A stretch of DNA of 64,000 nt, from NCBI GenBank assembly GCA_011046135.1, contig DSBG01000091.1:12265-76264 (forward strand). Reading direction: 5' to 3'. The notes under the pieces are model-generated. The model had not been told where the DNA came from. It did no database searches and was given only the letters and a program-made list of their open reading frames with translations. The translations under genes and the position numbers were made by a program. Each line of letters begins with the position of its first letter. Position 1 is the stretch's first letter. This DNA comes from Deltaproteobacteria bacterium (lineage in GTDB: Bacteria; Desulfobacterota; Desulfomonilia; UBA1062). Below are positions 53,205 to 62,291 of the stretch, piece after piece.

Positions 53205-53804
53205 ATGAAAGTCGAATCCTGGATGGTAAAAGACGTGATCACCATTGGAAGAGATGCAGGAATTCGTGATGCGCTCATGGTCATGAAAAAATACTCTGTC
53301 CGGCACCTTCCTGTGGTTGAGAACTCGTTATTTGCAGGGCTCGTCACCCTTGGTGATCTGAAGCAGGTAATTCTCGCCTCCATGCTGGAAACACTCAAGG
53401 TCAGCGACGTGATGATCCAGGAGCCGTTCACCATAACCAGGGATACCTCGCTGGATCTGGCAGCGCAGATCATTTACGAAAAGCGGATCGGCTGCCTTCC
53501 CGTGGTGGAGGATGGGATCCTCGTGGGGATTTTAACCGTAAACGATATCCTGAAAGCCTTCATCGATATCATGGGTGTTCTCAAGTCAGGCGCGCGCGTG
53601 GATGTAATCCTGAAAAATGTTCACGGTTCCTTTGATGAGGTCATCTCCATCATTGAGCGGTATGGAGGATACATCATCAGCGTGGGAATGACGATCAACG
53701 GGGATGAGAATACCCACCATTTTCGAATTTCCGGTGGAGACACTGCGGCTATTGCCAAGGAGTTGACAGCTCTGGGATATCGGGGAGTCAAGGTCATCGA
53801 GTAA
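53205..53804 (+). CDS. CBS-pair domain protein with a C-terminal ACT-like domain (AcuB-like)
   Basis: Two CBS repeats are visible. The start is uncertain; 53205 is the first ATG, and the track ORF begins at a TTG at 53175. Confidence 0.65.
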   Translation: MKVESWMVKDVITIGRDAGIRDALMVMKKYSVRHLPVVENSLFAGLVTLGDLKQVILASMLETLKVSDVMIQEPFTITRDTSLDLAAQIIYEKRIGCLPVVEDGILVGILTVNDILKAFIDIMGVLKSGARVDVILKNVHGSFDEVISIIERYGGYIISVGMTINGDENTHHFRISGGDTAAIAKELTALGYRGVKVIE

Positions 53805-54084
53805 ATCCAAGCAAAGAACGTATCGCTTGAGGTTCAATACCCTCGAGCGATACGTTCTTGGTTCTGCTCTTTTCTCCCTGAACGATCGAGATGCGAGATT
53901 TCGCTAGACCAAACCGCTTTGAGAAGAATTTTACCAGTGCTGTATTTGCCTTCCCATCAACTGCCGGCGCTCTCAGACGAACCACGAGCCTGTTCTCTCT
54001 AATCTCATCGAAAGCATCTCTGTCTGCATGTGGGATGATTTTTAGGGCAATGATGGTTGAGTCGCCTTCACCTCGTATCCACAT
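53794..54084 (-). CDS. DUF167 (YggU-like) protein
   Basis: 96 aa. It aligns over its whole length to the YggU family, including the C-terminal KSRISIVQGEKSRTKNVSLEGIEP. Confidence 0.75.
   Translation of the reverse strand: MWIRGEGDSTIIALKIIPHADRDAFDEIRENRLVVRLRAPAVDGKANTALVKFFSKRFGLAKSRISIVQGEKSRTKNVSLEGIEPQAIRSLLGFTR
53814..53859 (+). terminator. 19-bp stem-loop (putative intrinsic terminator of the CBS gene), embedded in the 3' coding end of the convergent DUF167 gene
   Basis: AAGAACGTATCGCTTGAGG at 53814..53832 pairs with CCTCGAGCGATACGTTCTT at 53841..53859 (one G-U pair) across an 8-nt loop. It is followed by a U-rich tract on the plus strand. Confidence 0.55.
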
Positions 54085-54592
54085 ACCTCGTTTCCCTGAT
54101 CCAGTTCTGATATGAGTCGAGTATGGACTGGAGTTCGGTGAAGAGGAGGTTCTTTTTTTCTCTCAACGCAGCAAGCTCTGTCTCGAGAGCATCCTTGGTC
54201 TTCTGGGCATCCTGAAGAATCTCATCGGCCTTCTCGGATGCTTCTGCCTGGATCTCGGATGCTTTTTGCTGGGCTTCTGCCAGTGTTTGCTGGGCGGCGT
54301 TGTCCAGTTCGCTTACCTTGAGGTGTGCCTGAGAGAGGAGCTCTTTTGCTTCGAGTTCTGCGGTTTTAATTTTATCATCCGTGAACTGCTTTGCAGAAAG
54401 AAAGAGATCTTCCAAGCTCTTCTGTTTCTCTCTGGCTGTCTCAACCTGACTTTTGAGGAGACTGTTCTCTTCAATGAGTTCTTCCAGGTCATCTGCCACG
54501 TCAAGCAGGAACTGAAGAACCTCTTCCTTGTCGAACCCGCCAAGTTTTCCCTTGAATCTCTGTTCCCTGAGCATATCAGGTGTTCTCTGCAT
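54068..54592 (-). CDS. divIVA: DivIVA domain cell-division protein
   Basis: N-terminal FKGKLGGFDKEEVLQFLLDVADDLEEL DivIVA motif plus a coiled coil. Confidence 0.8.
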   Translation of the reverse strand: MQRTPDMLREQRFKGKLGGFDKEEVLQFLLDVADDLEELIEENSLLKSQVETAREKQKSLEDLFLSAKQFTDDKIKTAELEAKELLSQAHLKVSELDNAAQQTLAEAQQKASEIQAEASEKADEILQDAQKTKDALETELAALREKKNLLFTELQSILDSYQNWIRETRYVDTR

Positions 54593-54593
54593 A

Positions 54594-54902
54594 TCAAAAT
54601 CCCCCTTTCAATCTATAGCCTGTTTCTATAAGGGAATTGGCCAATGCCGTATCCAGAAAGAGGATCAGGGCGATGACAATGATCGGAGAGAAGTCGATAC
54701 CGCCAATCAACAGGGGAAGACGCCTTCTAAACCACAAGAAGACTGGTTCGGTCGCACTTCTGAGGAAACGAACGATCGGGTTGTAGGGATCAGGGTTCAC
54801 CCAGGAGATCAACGCCCCAATGATCACGATCCACAGGTAGATATTGAGCAGGATGTGTAACACCTTGCCCAGCGCAATGAGAACATTTGCTAAGACAAAC
54901 AT
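54594..54902 (-). CDS. YggT family membrane protein
   Basis: 102-aa hydrophobic protein with the YggT/Ycf19 pattern, adjacent to divIVA. Confidence 0.75.
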   Translation of the reverse strand: MFVLANVLIALGKVLHILLNIYLWIVIIGALISWVNPDPYNPIVRFLRSATEPVFLWFRRRLPLLIGGIDFSPIIVIALILFLDTALANSLIETGYRLKGGF

Positions 54903-55005
54903 ACCAACCTCCTCCTAACCATATGAGAGGATCCTTCTTTTACGTAATGCCGATTTCCCAAAATAATTGCAAGGTGTTTTCAGGATTAGAGGGAAGGAGA
55001 TATGT

Positions 55006-58000
55006 GTGCTTGCGAAGGGTTTCAAGCTCTGCTACATCGAAAGCGTGAAGTTGAAGAGAATTGAGATCAGGGGATTCAAGTCCATCGCCAAAAAGGTAGA
55101 CTTGCCGATATCAGAGGGCATTACCTGCATCGCAGGACCAAACGGGTGCGGAAAGAGCAATATTGTGGACGCCGTCAGATGGGCGATGGGAGAGCAATCC
55201 ACGAGATCACTCCGGGCCGGGGCCATGAGTGACATGATATTTTCTGGAACTCAGGAAATCGGACCAGGAAGCTCTGCTCAGGTACTCATTGAGTTCATCA
55301 GGGACGGCGGAGTCTTTCCTCAAGCCCTTGAAGGATTCGACCAGATAGCCGTTTCCAGGAAGCTCTTCAGATCAGGAGAGAGCGAGTACGCAATCAACGG
55401 TGTAAAGTGCCGCCTGAAAGACATCACGGATCTGTTCCTCGATACTGGCCTCGATAGGCAGGGATACGCCATTGTTGAACAGGGAAAGGTCAAGGAGATT
55501 ATCCAGTCTCGACCTGAGGATATCCGCCATCTCATTGAAGAAGCAGCAGCGGTTGGGAAATTTCGGGTTAAGAGGATAGAGGCTCACAGGAGACTTGAGG
55601 CAACATCTAAAAATCTCGAGCGTGTCAGCGATCTACTCTCGGAGGTTTCCCGCCAGAGGAGTGAGCTTAAAGCTCAGGCGAACAGGGCACGTCGCTATCA
55701 GATTGTTCGAGATCAGATCAACGAACTTACGAGGCAACTCTGGGGCTCCAAGCTCGATGAGCTTGCCGGAAAACTGAAGGTTTGCAGCCAGCAGGAAAAG
55801 GAGTTGGGAGAATTTCTGGAGAAAAAAAAAGAAGAACTGGATGCGTTGCATGCCTCCAGAGAAGAGCTCGAATCCCGCCAGAAGGAACAGAAAAAAGGGA
55901 TGGAGCTCATCAGCTCTGCGCTTCTCGAAAATCAAGCAGCAGTCGGTATCGCACGTGCCGACAGTGAAAATGCCAAACAGAGAAAGAGTGATATCCGCTC
56001 AACCCTGGAGATCATAACGACCCGAACAGCTCAGATAAAGAAAAGCCTCAAGGCAGAACTTGACCAGATTGGAACGGAAACCGAGGCGTCCGCTCTCGTG
56101 GAGGAACAGCTCGAGGTGTTTCAGAAAGAGGCTGAGCAGAGTCGGGGCATGGCCGATGAATTTCTCCAGCAATACAGGAGCCTGGACAAGAAGTTTGATG
56201 AAAAAAGAGCGGAGCTCTTCGACACCATCGGTCACGTCAGAGCCCAGGAGCAGCACATATCCGGGTTGGAAATCCGATACCAGGAGGTGTGTCCTGCCAT
56301 CAGGAAACGCGAAGATGACATTGCCGATCTCAAAACCAGAGCAGCCGTTGTGAAAGAGACCCTCGATTCCCTGAATCAGGAAGCCGGTCAGTTGGAGGGC
56401 AAACTCGTGCTCCAGTCAAGACAATGCCAGGTTTTGGAAACGCAACGAGATGAGCTCAGGACATGCATGCAGCGTGTTCGTGAAACACTTCGTGACCGAG
56501 AACAGGAGCTCTCAGAGATCCATGCCAAAGTGAGTATCCTCGATCAGGTTATCCAGGAGACTATCCAGGCCCAGGATCTTTCTCCCGAATCCCTGAACGG
56601 AAACATGAGGGTATCCGATGCAATCACGGCCCGAAAAGGATTTGAGGAGACTGTTGGAAGGTCTGTAGGTGAGGCCCTGGAATTCCTGATCATCCCCGAT
56701 CATGAAGAGCTTTTCGCAGAGCAGAGTATCGAGCATTCGTTCCCTGGGTTCGTACCACAGCGGCCGTACATCGAACCTTATCGATCAACGCAACCCCTCG
56801 AAGGGGAAGGCATCCTCGGGCCTCTGAGCTCGTTTATCGATTCAGAGAAGCAGTACGAAGATGTTATTCATGCATTATCCAGGGACATGTGGGTGGTAGA
56901 CGATATCCATCGTGCTCTTTCTCTGTGGCGGGGAGGACAAAGAGCCCATCCCCTCGTAACCAGAGATGGGATGATCCTCGAGACCACAGGGGTAGTGAGA
57001 ACGACGAGAACCCTCGCAAAGTACGGACAGGGCCTTAAAGCCAAGGCAGACAAGGACCAGCTGGAGATCAGGAAAAACGAGATCGAGGGTGAAAGGGACA
57101 CGTGGGCTGCTCAACTCAAGGCACATGAACAGAAACTGGAACAGGCTGAAGAGAGAATCTCGATCACCAGAACGCTCTGTGTCGAGATCCAACGCAGTAT
57201 CCAGGAAGTGCACTATCGGAAACAGGATCTCGAAAAGGAACACGAGCGAATCAGTGAGCAGATGAGAACAGGACAACAGGATCTCGATGCACTTGAGACG
57301 CTCAAGGATCGGCTCTCTAATGAACTCGCGTTACAGCGTAGTGAAAAGGCAGTGGTTGATGATGCGATTCTTTCTCTCCAGGATGTCGTAAAAGAGCTCG
57401 ATGCACGCCGGAATGCTGCCAGGAAGAGATACGAGGAAGTTCAGGCTTCAGTGCAGCAGCAGATTCTGAAGGCCCATGAACTCAAGGTTGGATGGGCGTC
57501 CAAGAAGGAGCGGATACGGAATCTTCAGGAAAATATCACACGAAAACAGGCCGAGATTGAAAAAGATGGCGAGCGCATATCAGAACTGAACAGAACCTTG
57601 GAGCATATTGAAGCAGACCTCCGTTCTGCTCAGCAGGCATGTGAGAAGGCTCAAGAAGAGGTGTTACGCCTGGAAAGTGCATACTCTGACATGGTGCCTG
57701 AGTATGAAAAGATATCTCGCCTGCTGAATCAGCTCAGCGATGATCTGTGCCGGGCAGAGGAATCCGTGGAAAACCTGGAGAGAGATCGTACGGAAGCGCT
57801 CCTGATGCTCCGGGAACAGGAAATCGCCTACTCGATGGGAAAAGAGCGGCTCGAAGCTCGTTTCGGGAGGGAAACACCCCAGATACCGGACACTTTCGAT
57901 CCCGAAAAAACCAGAAGCCGACTGGACCTCATGGAAAAGAAGCTGGAAAGGATGGGACAGATAAACTTCACATCCATTACCGCCTACGAACAGGCGCAGG

Positions 58001-58554
58001 CTCGGTGGGACGATCTTCACCGGCAGTATGAAGATATTGTTCAGGCGAGTACACGCTTGAAGGAGGTTATCGCCAACATAGAGCGACAGAGCAAGAAGGC
58101 CTTCATGGAAACATTCGCTCTGGTACGGCATCATTTCCAGGATCTTTTCACCACCATGTTCGGGGGAGGAAAGGCAGATATCGTTCTCGAAGACGGAGAT
58201 TCCCTGGAATCCGGCGTTGAGATCTATGCCTCTCCTCCCTTCAAACGCCTCAAGGCCATGAGTCTTCTGTCCGAGGGCGAGAAGACGCTGTGTGCCTTAA
58301 GCTTTATTTTCGCTCTGATCAGGGTCAGGCCTGCACCATTCTGTGTCCTTGATGAGGTGGATGCGTCGCTGGATGATGCGAATGTCATACGATTCAACCG
58401 ACTCATCCGTTCGTTTTCCGAGGAGTCGCAGTTTCTTGTGGTAACACATAACCGATACACCATGGAAATGGCGGATATTCTCTATGGGGTAACCTTCGAT
58501 GTTCCTGGCATCAGCAAGGTTGTATCCATGGCCTTGAAGAACAGCGAAGGATAA
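55006..58554 (+). CDS. smc: chromosome segregation protein SMC
   Basis: About 1180 aa with an N-terminal Walker A motif GPNGCGKSNI, long coiled coils, a hinge, and a C-terminal signature/Walker B (LSEGEKTL...LDEVDASLD). The start is chosen as the GTG at 55006 (GGAG RBS, 6-nt spacing); a GTG at 55051 is also possible. Confidence 0.9.
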   Translation: MLAKGFKLCYIESVKLKRIEIRGFKSIAKKVDLPISEGITCIAGPNGCGKSNIVDAVRWAMGEQSTRSLRAGAMSDMIFSGTQEIGPGSSAQVLIEFIRDGGVFPQALEGFDQIAVSRKLFRSGESEYAINGVKCRLKDITDLFLDTGLDRQGYAIVEQGKVKEIIQSRPEDIRHLIEEAAAVGKFRVKRIEAHRRLEATSKNLERVSDLLSEVSRQRSELKAQANRARRYQIVRDQINELTRQLWGSKLDELAGKLKVCSQQEKELGEFLEKKKEELDALHASREELESRQKEQKKGMELISSALLENQAAVGIARADSENAKQRKSDIRSTLEIITTRTAQIKKSLKAELDQIGTETEASALVEEQLEVFQKEAEQSRGMADEFLQQYRSLDKKFDEKRAELFDTIGHVRAQEQHISGLEIRYQEVCPAIRKREDDIADLKTRAAVVKETLDSLNQEAGQLEGKLVLQSRQCQVLETQRDELRTCMQRVRETLRDREQELSEIHAKVSILDQVIQETIQAQDLSPESLNGNMRVSDAITARKGFEETVGRSVGEALEFLIIPDHEELFAEQSIEHSFPGFVPQRPYIEPYRSTQPLEGEGILGPLSSFIDSEKQYEDVIHALSRDMWVVDDIHRALSLWRGGQRAHPLVTRDGMILETTGVVRTTRTLAKYGQGLKAKADKDQLEIRKNEIEGERDTWAAQLKAHEQKLEQAEERISITRTLCVEIQRSIQEVHYRKQDLEKEHERISEQMRTGQQDLDALETLKDRLSNELALQRSEKAVVDDAILSLQDVVKELDARRNAARKRYEEVQASVQQQILKAHELKVGWASKKERIRNLQENITRKQAEIEKDGERISELNRTLEHIEADLRSAQQACEKAQEEVLRLESAYSDMVPEYEKISRLLNQLSDDLCRAEESVENLERDRTEALLMLREQEIAYSMGKERLEARFGRETPQIPDTFDPEKTRSRLDLMEKKLERMGQINFTSITAYEQAQARWDDLHRQYEDIVQASTRLKEVIANIERQSKKAFMETFALVRHHFQDLFTTMFGGGKADIVLEDGDSLESGVEIYASPPFKRLKAMSLLSEGEKTLCALSFIFALIRVRPAPFCVLDEVDASLDDANVIRFNRLIRSFSEESQFLVVTHNRYTMEMADILYGVTFDVPGISKVVSMALKNSEG

Positions 58555-58676
58555 AACATTTCCATCAAGAAGGAAAATCTTTTCCTTTTCTCCGGCGAAT
58601 TAGGCCATCAACGGGCTGATAATCACGGAGAAGCCTTGCACGTAAATTGCAGGATGTTTCCGGCAAAGGAGAGGCA

Positions 58677-59630
58677 ATGCCCAGGGTAATTGCAATAACG
58701 TCAGGAAAGGGAGGCATCGGGAAGAGCAACTTTGTCCTCAACGTTGGCATCTCTCTGGCCATGATGGATTCATCCGTCCAGCTACTCGATGCAGATCTCG
58801 GGCTTTCGAATCTCGATGTCCTTCTTGGTATCAGACCGCACAGAACTCTCGAGGATGTGGTGCTCGGCAGGGCCGCACTGAACGAAATTATCATCAGGAC
58901 AGAGTACAAGATAGATCTCATCCCGGGATCGTCTGGAACACAGGCAATGGCTGATCTGAGCGGCGAGAAGATCGGCCGGCTCATCAAAGACGTTCAAGGT
59001 GCGTCCAAGGATGCAGATTTTCTGCTGGTGGATACGGCGTCGGGGGTTTCGGCTGCTGTCATCTCTTTTCTCATGGCAGTACCGGAGGTTATTGTCGGGG
59101 TGAGTCCTGAACCCACAAGCCTCACTGATGCCTATGCGCTCATCAAGATACTCAATAAAAACGGGTATCATGGCAGGATCTCCATGTTTTCCAGCATGGT
59201 AAAGAACAGTGCCGCGGGACATGCCCTCTACCAGAAAATTTCATCAGCTTCCCAACGATTCCTCGCAACCCAGGTTGAGTTTCTCGGCAGCGTCTATTTC
59301 GACGAGAAACTCTCGCGTTCGGTGTCGGCGCAGGTACCTGCCATCGTCCGATTTCCCACCTCCGACATCGCACGCTGCTACCGGGTCATTGCGCTCACTC
59401 TGTTAGGACAGGCCCACGTCCAGATGGATTATGAAAAATTCTGGTCACGCCTGATCACGATGATCATGAAAAAGGCACGGCCAAAACCATCACGAGAAGA
59501 GTCTTTGCCCGTAGCGGCAGGCCCGGATTCCATGGAAAAAACTCTCTTGGATATGCTCGATGAACAGCGCCGAACGAGGATGCTTTTAGAACGACTGCTC
59601 ATGAAGGTCGATCAGGTACTTCCTCGCTGA
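58677..59630 (+). CDS. MinD/ParA-family P-loop ATPase (FlhG/MinD-like orphan) with a ~80-aa C-terminal extension
   Basis: The start is set to the ATG at 58677 (MPRVIAITSGKGGIGKS, deviant Walker A) with a GGAGAGG RBS. Confidence 0.75.
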   Translation: MPRVIAITSGKGGIGKSNFVLNVGISLAMMDSSVQLLDADLGLSNLDVLLGIRPHRTLEDVVLGRAALNEIIIRTEYKIDLIPGSSGTQAMADLSGEKIGRLIKDVQGASKDADFLLVDTASGVSAAVISFLMAVPEVIVGVSPEPTSLTDAYALIKILNKNGYHGRISMFSSMVKNSAAGHALYQKISSASQRFLATQVEFLGSVYFDEKLSRSVSAQVPAIVRFPTSDIARCYRVIALTLLGQAHVQMDYEKFWSRLITMIMKKARPKPSREESLPVAAGPDSMEKTLLDMLDEQRRTRMLLERLLMKVDQVLPR

Positions 59631-59828
59631 CGGGAAGAGCAGGAGACAGCCTGAACCCCCGGGGGGTTTCTGAAGAAACCTCGAGTGGAAGTCATTTTTC
59701 GGTTTGAAAAAAAATACATGATAACCACAAAACGCTCCAGCAAAAATCCGTTCGAGCCTTGCCCTTTTTTATTATGAATGTCTCTATATATTTTTGACAA
59801 AACATATATTCTGTCGTAGAAAAACTTC

Positions 59829-60572
59829 ATGCTTGAAGCCTGTATCGATGTCTGCACCCGGGAGGAAAGAACGCTTTCTGTCCTGCGTGCTGTCCTCGGA
59901 CTCGGTTTTATTGCCGTTGAACTGGAAAATGGGGCTGTGGGACTCAGTGCAAATATTGCCGTTTCAACGGTCACAGGATGCTCTGTGTTCAAGAAGGCAG
60001 GAACGCTTGCAGGCTCTCCTGTGGCATGTCTCTTGGATCTGGCAAAGGCCGATGACCTTATGTCGCGAAGTCTCGCCCTGGCAGCGGTCAACGCAATTGC
60101 TGCAGGACGACCCTGCGGAAGGAAAGGAGATGTCTTTGACAGGATCAAGATCTCTTCCGGTTATCGTGTAGCAATGGTGGGGATGATCGAACCTGTTGCC
60201 CGCATGTTGGCGGGCAAGGGATGTGAGGTCTCTGCCTTTGACCTGAGGAACAGAACTGAGTCCTGTATTCAATCGGCTGATCGGATCCCTGAGGTTTTCA
60301 GGCATGCCGATAGTATCATTCTCTCGGGAACTACCCTCATAACCAAGAGCCTTCCAGGTCTTCTTGCGTTGTCCGGCAGTGCACGTGAAGTGATCCTCAT
60401 GGGACCAAGCACCCCCATGATTCCCGAGATTTTCTCATCAACGCCGATTTCTTTCCTTGCAGGAGCCAGGATTACGGATTCAAGGTCGGCATGCACCATT
60501 GTCATGGAAGGCGGTGGGACTCAGGAACTCTATCGGAGCAAGGCCATGGACAAGGTGATTCAAGAGGTGTGA
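59829..60572 (+). CDS. DUF364/DUF4213-like protein (putative metal-chelation Rossmann-like domain)
   Basis: 247 aa. It lies immediately upstream of moaA with a 3-nt spacer. The family assignment is a recollection, not verified. Confidence 0.5.
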   Translation: MLEACIDVCTREERTLSVLRAVLGLGFIAVELENGAVGLSANIAVSTVTGCSVFKKAGTLAGSPVACLLDLAKADDLMSRSLALAAVNAIAAGRPCGRKGDVFDRIKISSGYRVAMVGMIEPVARMLAGKGCEVSAFDLRNRTESCIQSADRIPEVFRHADSIILSGTTLITKSLPGLLALSGSAREVILMGPSTPMIPEIFSSTPISFLAGARITDSRSACTIVMEGGGTQELYRSKAMDKVIQEV

Positions 60573-60575
60573 GCC

Positions 60576-61577
60576 ATGAAGAAACTCATCGACTCACATT
60601 CAAGGCATATACGGTACGTGCGTATCTCAATAACAGACAGGTGTACCTTCAGGTGTCGATATTGCATGCCCCCCGAGGGAGTGGAATGGCTGCCCCATGA
60701 CATGATCATGCGGTACGAGGAATACATTCGGGTTCTGAACATTCTCGGGGAACAAGGCATAGACAAAGTTCGTATCACCGGAGGAGAACCTCTCCTGCGT
60801 CGTGGAGTTGTCGAGTTCATCGGGGAACTCTCGACGCTGGGCACGATCGGTGACCTCTCTCTCACAACCAATGGAATGCTCCTGTCTGCCATGGCCAGGG
60901 ATCTTAAGGACGCCGGCCTGAAGCGTGTAAATATCAGTATCGACACCCTTGATAGGATCAAGTTCGCTCAGATCACCAGGGTGGATGCATATGACAAGGT
61001 TCGCAGGGGAATCGAGAGCGCTCTGGAATGTGATCTGTCTCCGGTGAAGCTCAACGTGGTGTCCATCAGGGGCTTTAATGACGATGAAATCCCAGCTTTC
61101 GTACACCTGACTCTCGACAGCCCCGTCGAGGTTCGTTTCATCGAACTCATGCCCATGGGGTGCATTGCCCGTCACGGAGATCGGGAACTCATCAGTTCTC
61201 TGGAGATACAGCAACGCATTGAAACGATCCATGGTGCCCTTGAACCCATCGAGAATGGTCTCGGGCCGGCCCGAATGTTCAGGGTGCCGGGAGCCCAGGG
61301 GAAGGTCGGGCTTATCGGGGCCATGAGCGAACATTCCTTCTGTACGAGTTGTAACAGGATACGTATCACCGCAAGCGGAGGATTGAGGCCATGCCTGTTT
61401 TCCGAGAATGTCGTTGATCTCCTTACCCCGATGCGATCAGGAATCACGGATGCCGAATTGGAAGCCCTCATCATCAGGGGCGTGATGATGAAGCCCCTCA
61501 ATCATGGGATATGCAGAGGAAGTCAACCCCTCTGTTCGAGTGACCAGGCATCATTCATGAACAGCATCGGCGGGTGA
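60576..61577 (+). CDS. moaA: GTP 3',8-cyclase MoaA (radical SAM)
   Basis: Radical-SAM motif CTFRCRYC and a C-terminal second Fe-S cysteine motif CTSCNRIRITASG. Confidence 0.9.
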   Translation: MKKLIDSHSRHIRYVRISITDRCTFRCRYCMPPEGVEWLPHDMIMRYEEYIRVLNILGEQGIDKVRITGGEPLLRRGVVEFIGELSTLGTIGDLSLTTNGMLLSAMARDLKDAGLKRVNISIDTLDRIKFAQITRVDAYDKVRRGIESALECDLSPVKLNVVSIRGFNDDEIPAFVHLTLDSPVEVRFIELMPMGCIARHGDRELISSLEIQQRIETIHGALEPIENGLGPARMFRVPGAQGKVGLIGAMSEHSFCTSCNRIRITASGGLRPCLFSENVVDLLTPMRSGITDAELEALIIRGVMMKPLNHGICRGSQPLCSSDQASFMNSIGG

Positions 61578-61582
61578 GCGCC

Positions 61583-61939
61583 TTATACGCTCTGTCGTGC
61601 TTGGGCTGATTCAAGAATTCTGCTGAATGAGATCAGATCTTCTTTGAAGAGTACCTTGTTGGTGTTGAGAAAGGAAAGCCCTGATTTTTTGAGCGCCTCT
61701 CTTTTGGGAGACACCCAGGCCACCTTGCAGTAGAGGGAGATTGCCGGAATATCTTCAACCGGCTCGATCTCAAGCTTGACCACCGAACCCTCGGGGCACT
61801 GCACCCCGGTGATACACACTCCCTCCTTGCTGGCATTGACCACGGTAATCGGCTGCACAGAGTCCTTGATCTCCACGGTTCCGCTCAGATCAGGAAGGCT
61901 GATCCGGTGGCTGATTCTCCTTTCTTTATCCCCTCGCAT
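61583..61939 (-). CDS. PilZ domain protein (c-di-GMP binding)
   Basis: 118 aa with an RRISHR (RxxxR) motif and a later NASKEG (D/NxSxxG) motif. Confidence 0.65.
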   Translation of the reverse strand: MRGDKERRISHRISLPDLSGTVEIKDSVQPITVVNASKEGVCITGVQCPEGSVVKLEIEPVEDIPAISLYCKVAWVSPKREALKKSGLSFLNTNKVLFKEDLISFSRILESAQARQSV

Positions 61940-62291
61940 CTTGTCAAAGGTACCGTGATCAGGATCAGAAAGTCAAGCGGGAGATCCCCCCTTTCCTTGT
62001 CGGATCTCCTACGAAACGCCCTGGGTCCCGGCCGAACAACGCCGTTATACCAAGCGTGGTAGGTATATCCGAACAAAATGATCTCTGTGCAGGGTAATGG
62101 CGTTGCCCCGGATTCGCTCATGGAAGCTCAATGCACGGCAGGAACACAGGGTATCACAGCCAAGGGTTCTCGTGAGAATCGAAGTGAAAGAGAACAGGGG
62201 GTATTTGAAATCCTGATCCATAGTATTATTATTCACTGCAGTGATGATGATTCCTCCGGGTTTCATGAATCAGAGAAGATGAGGAGGGTGT

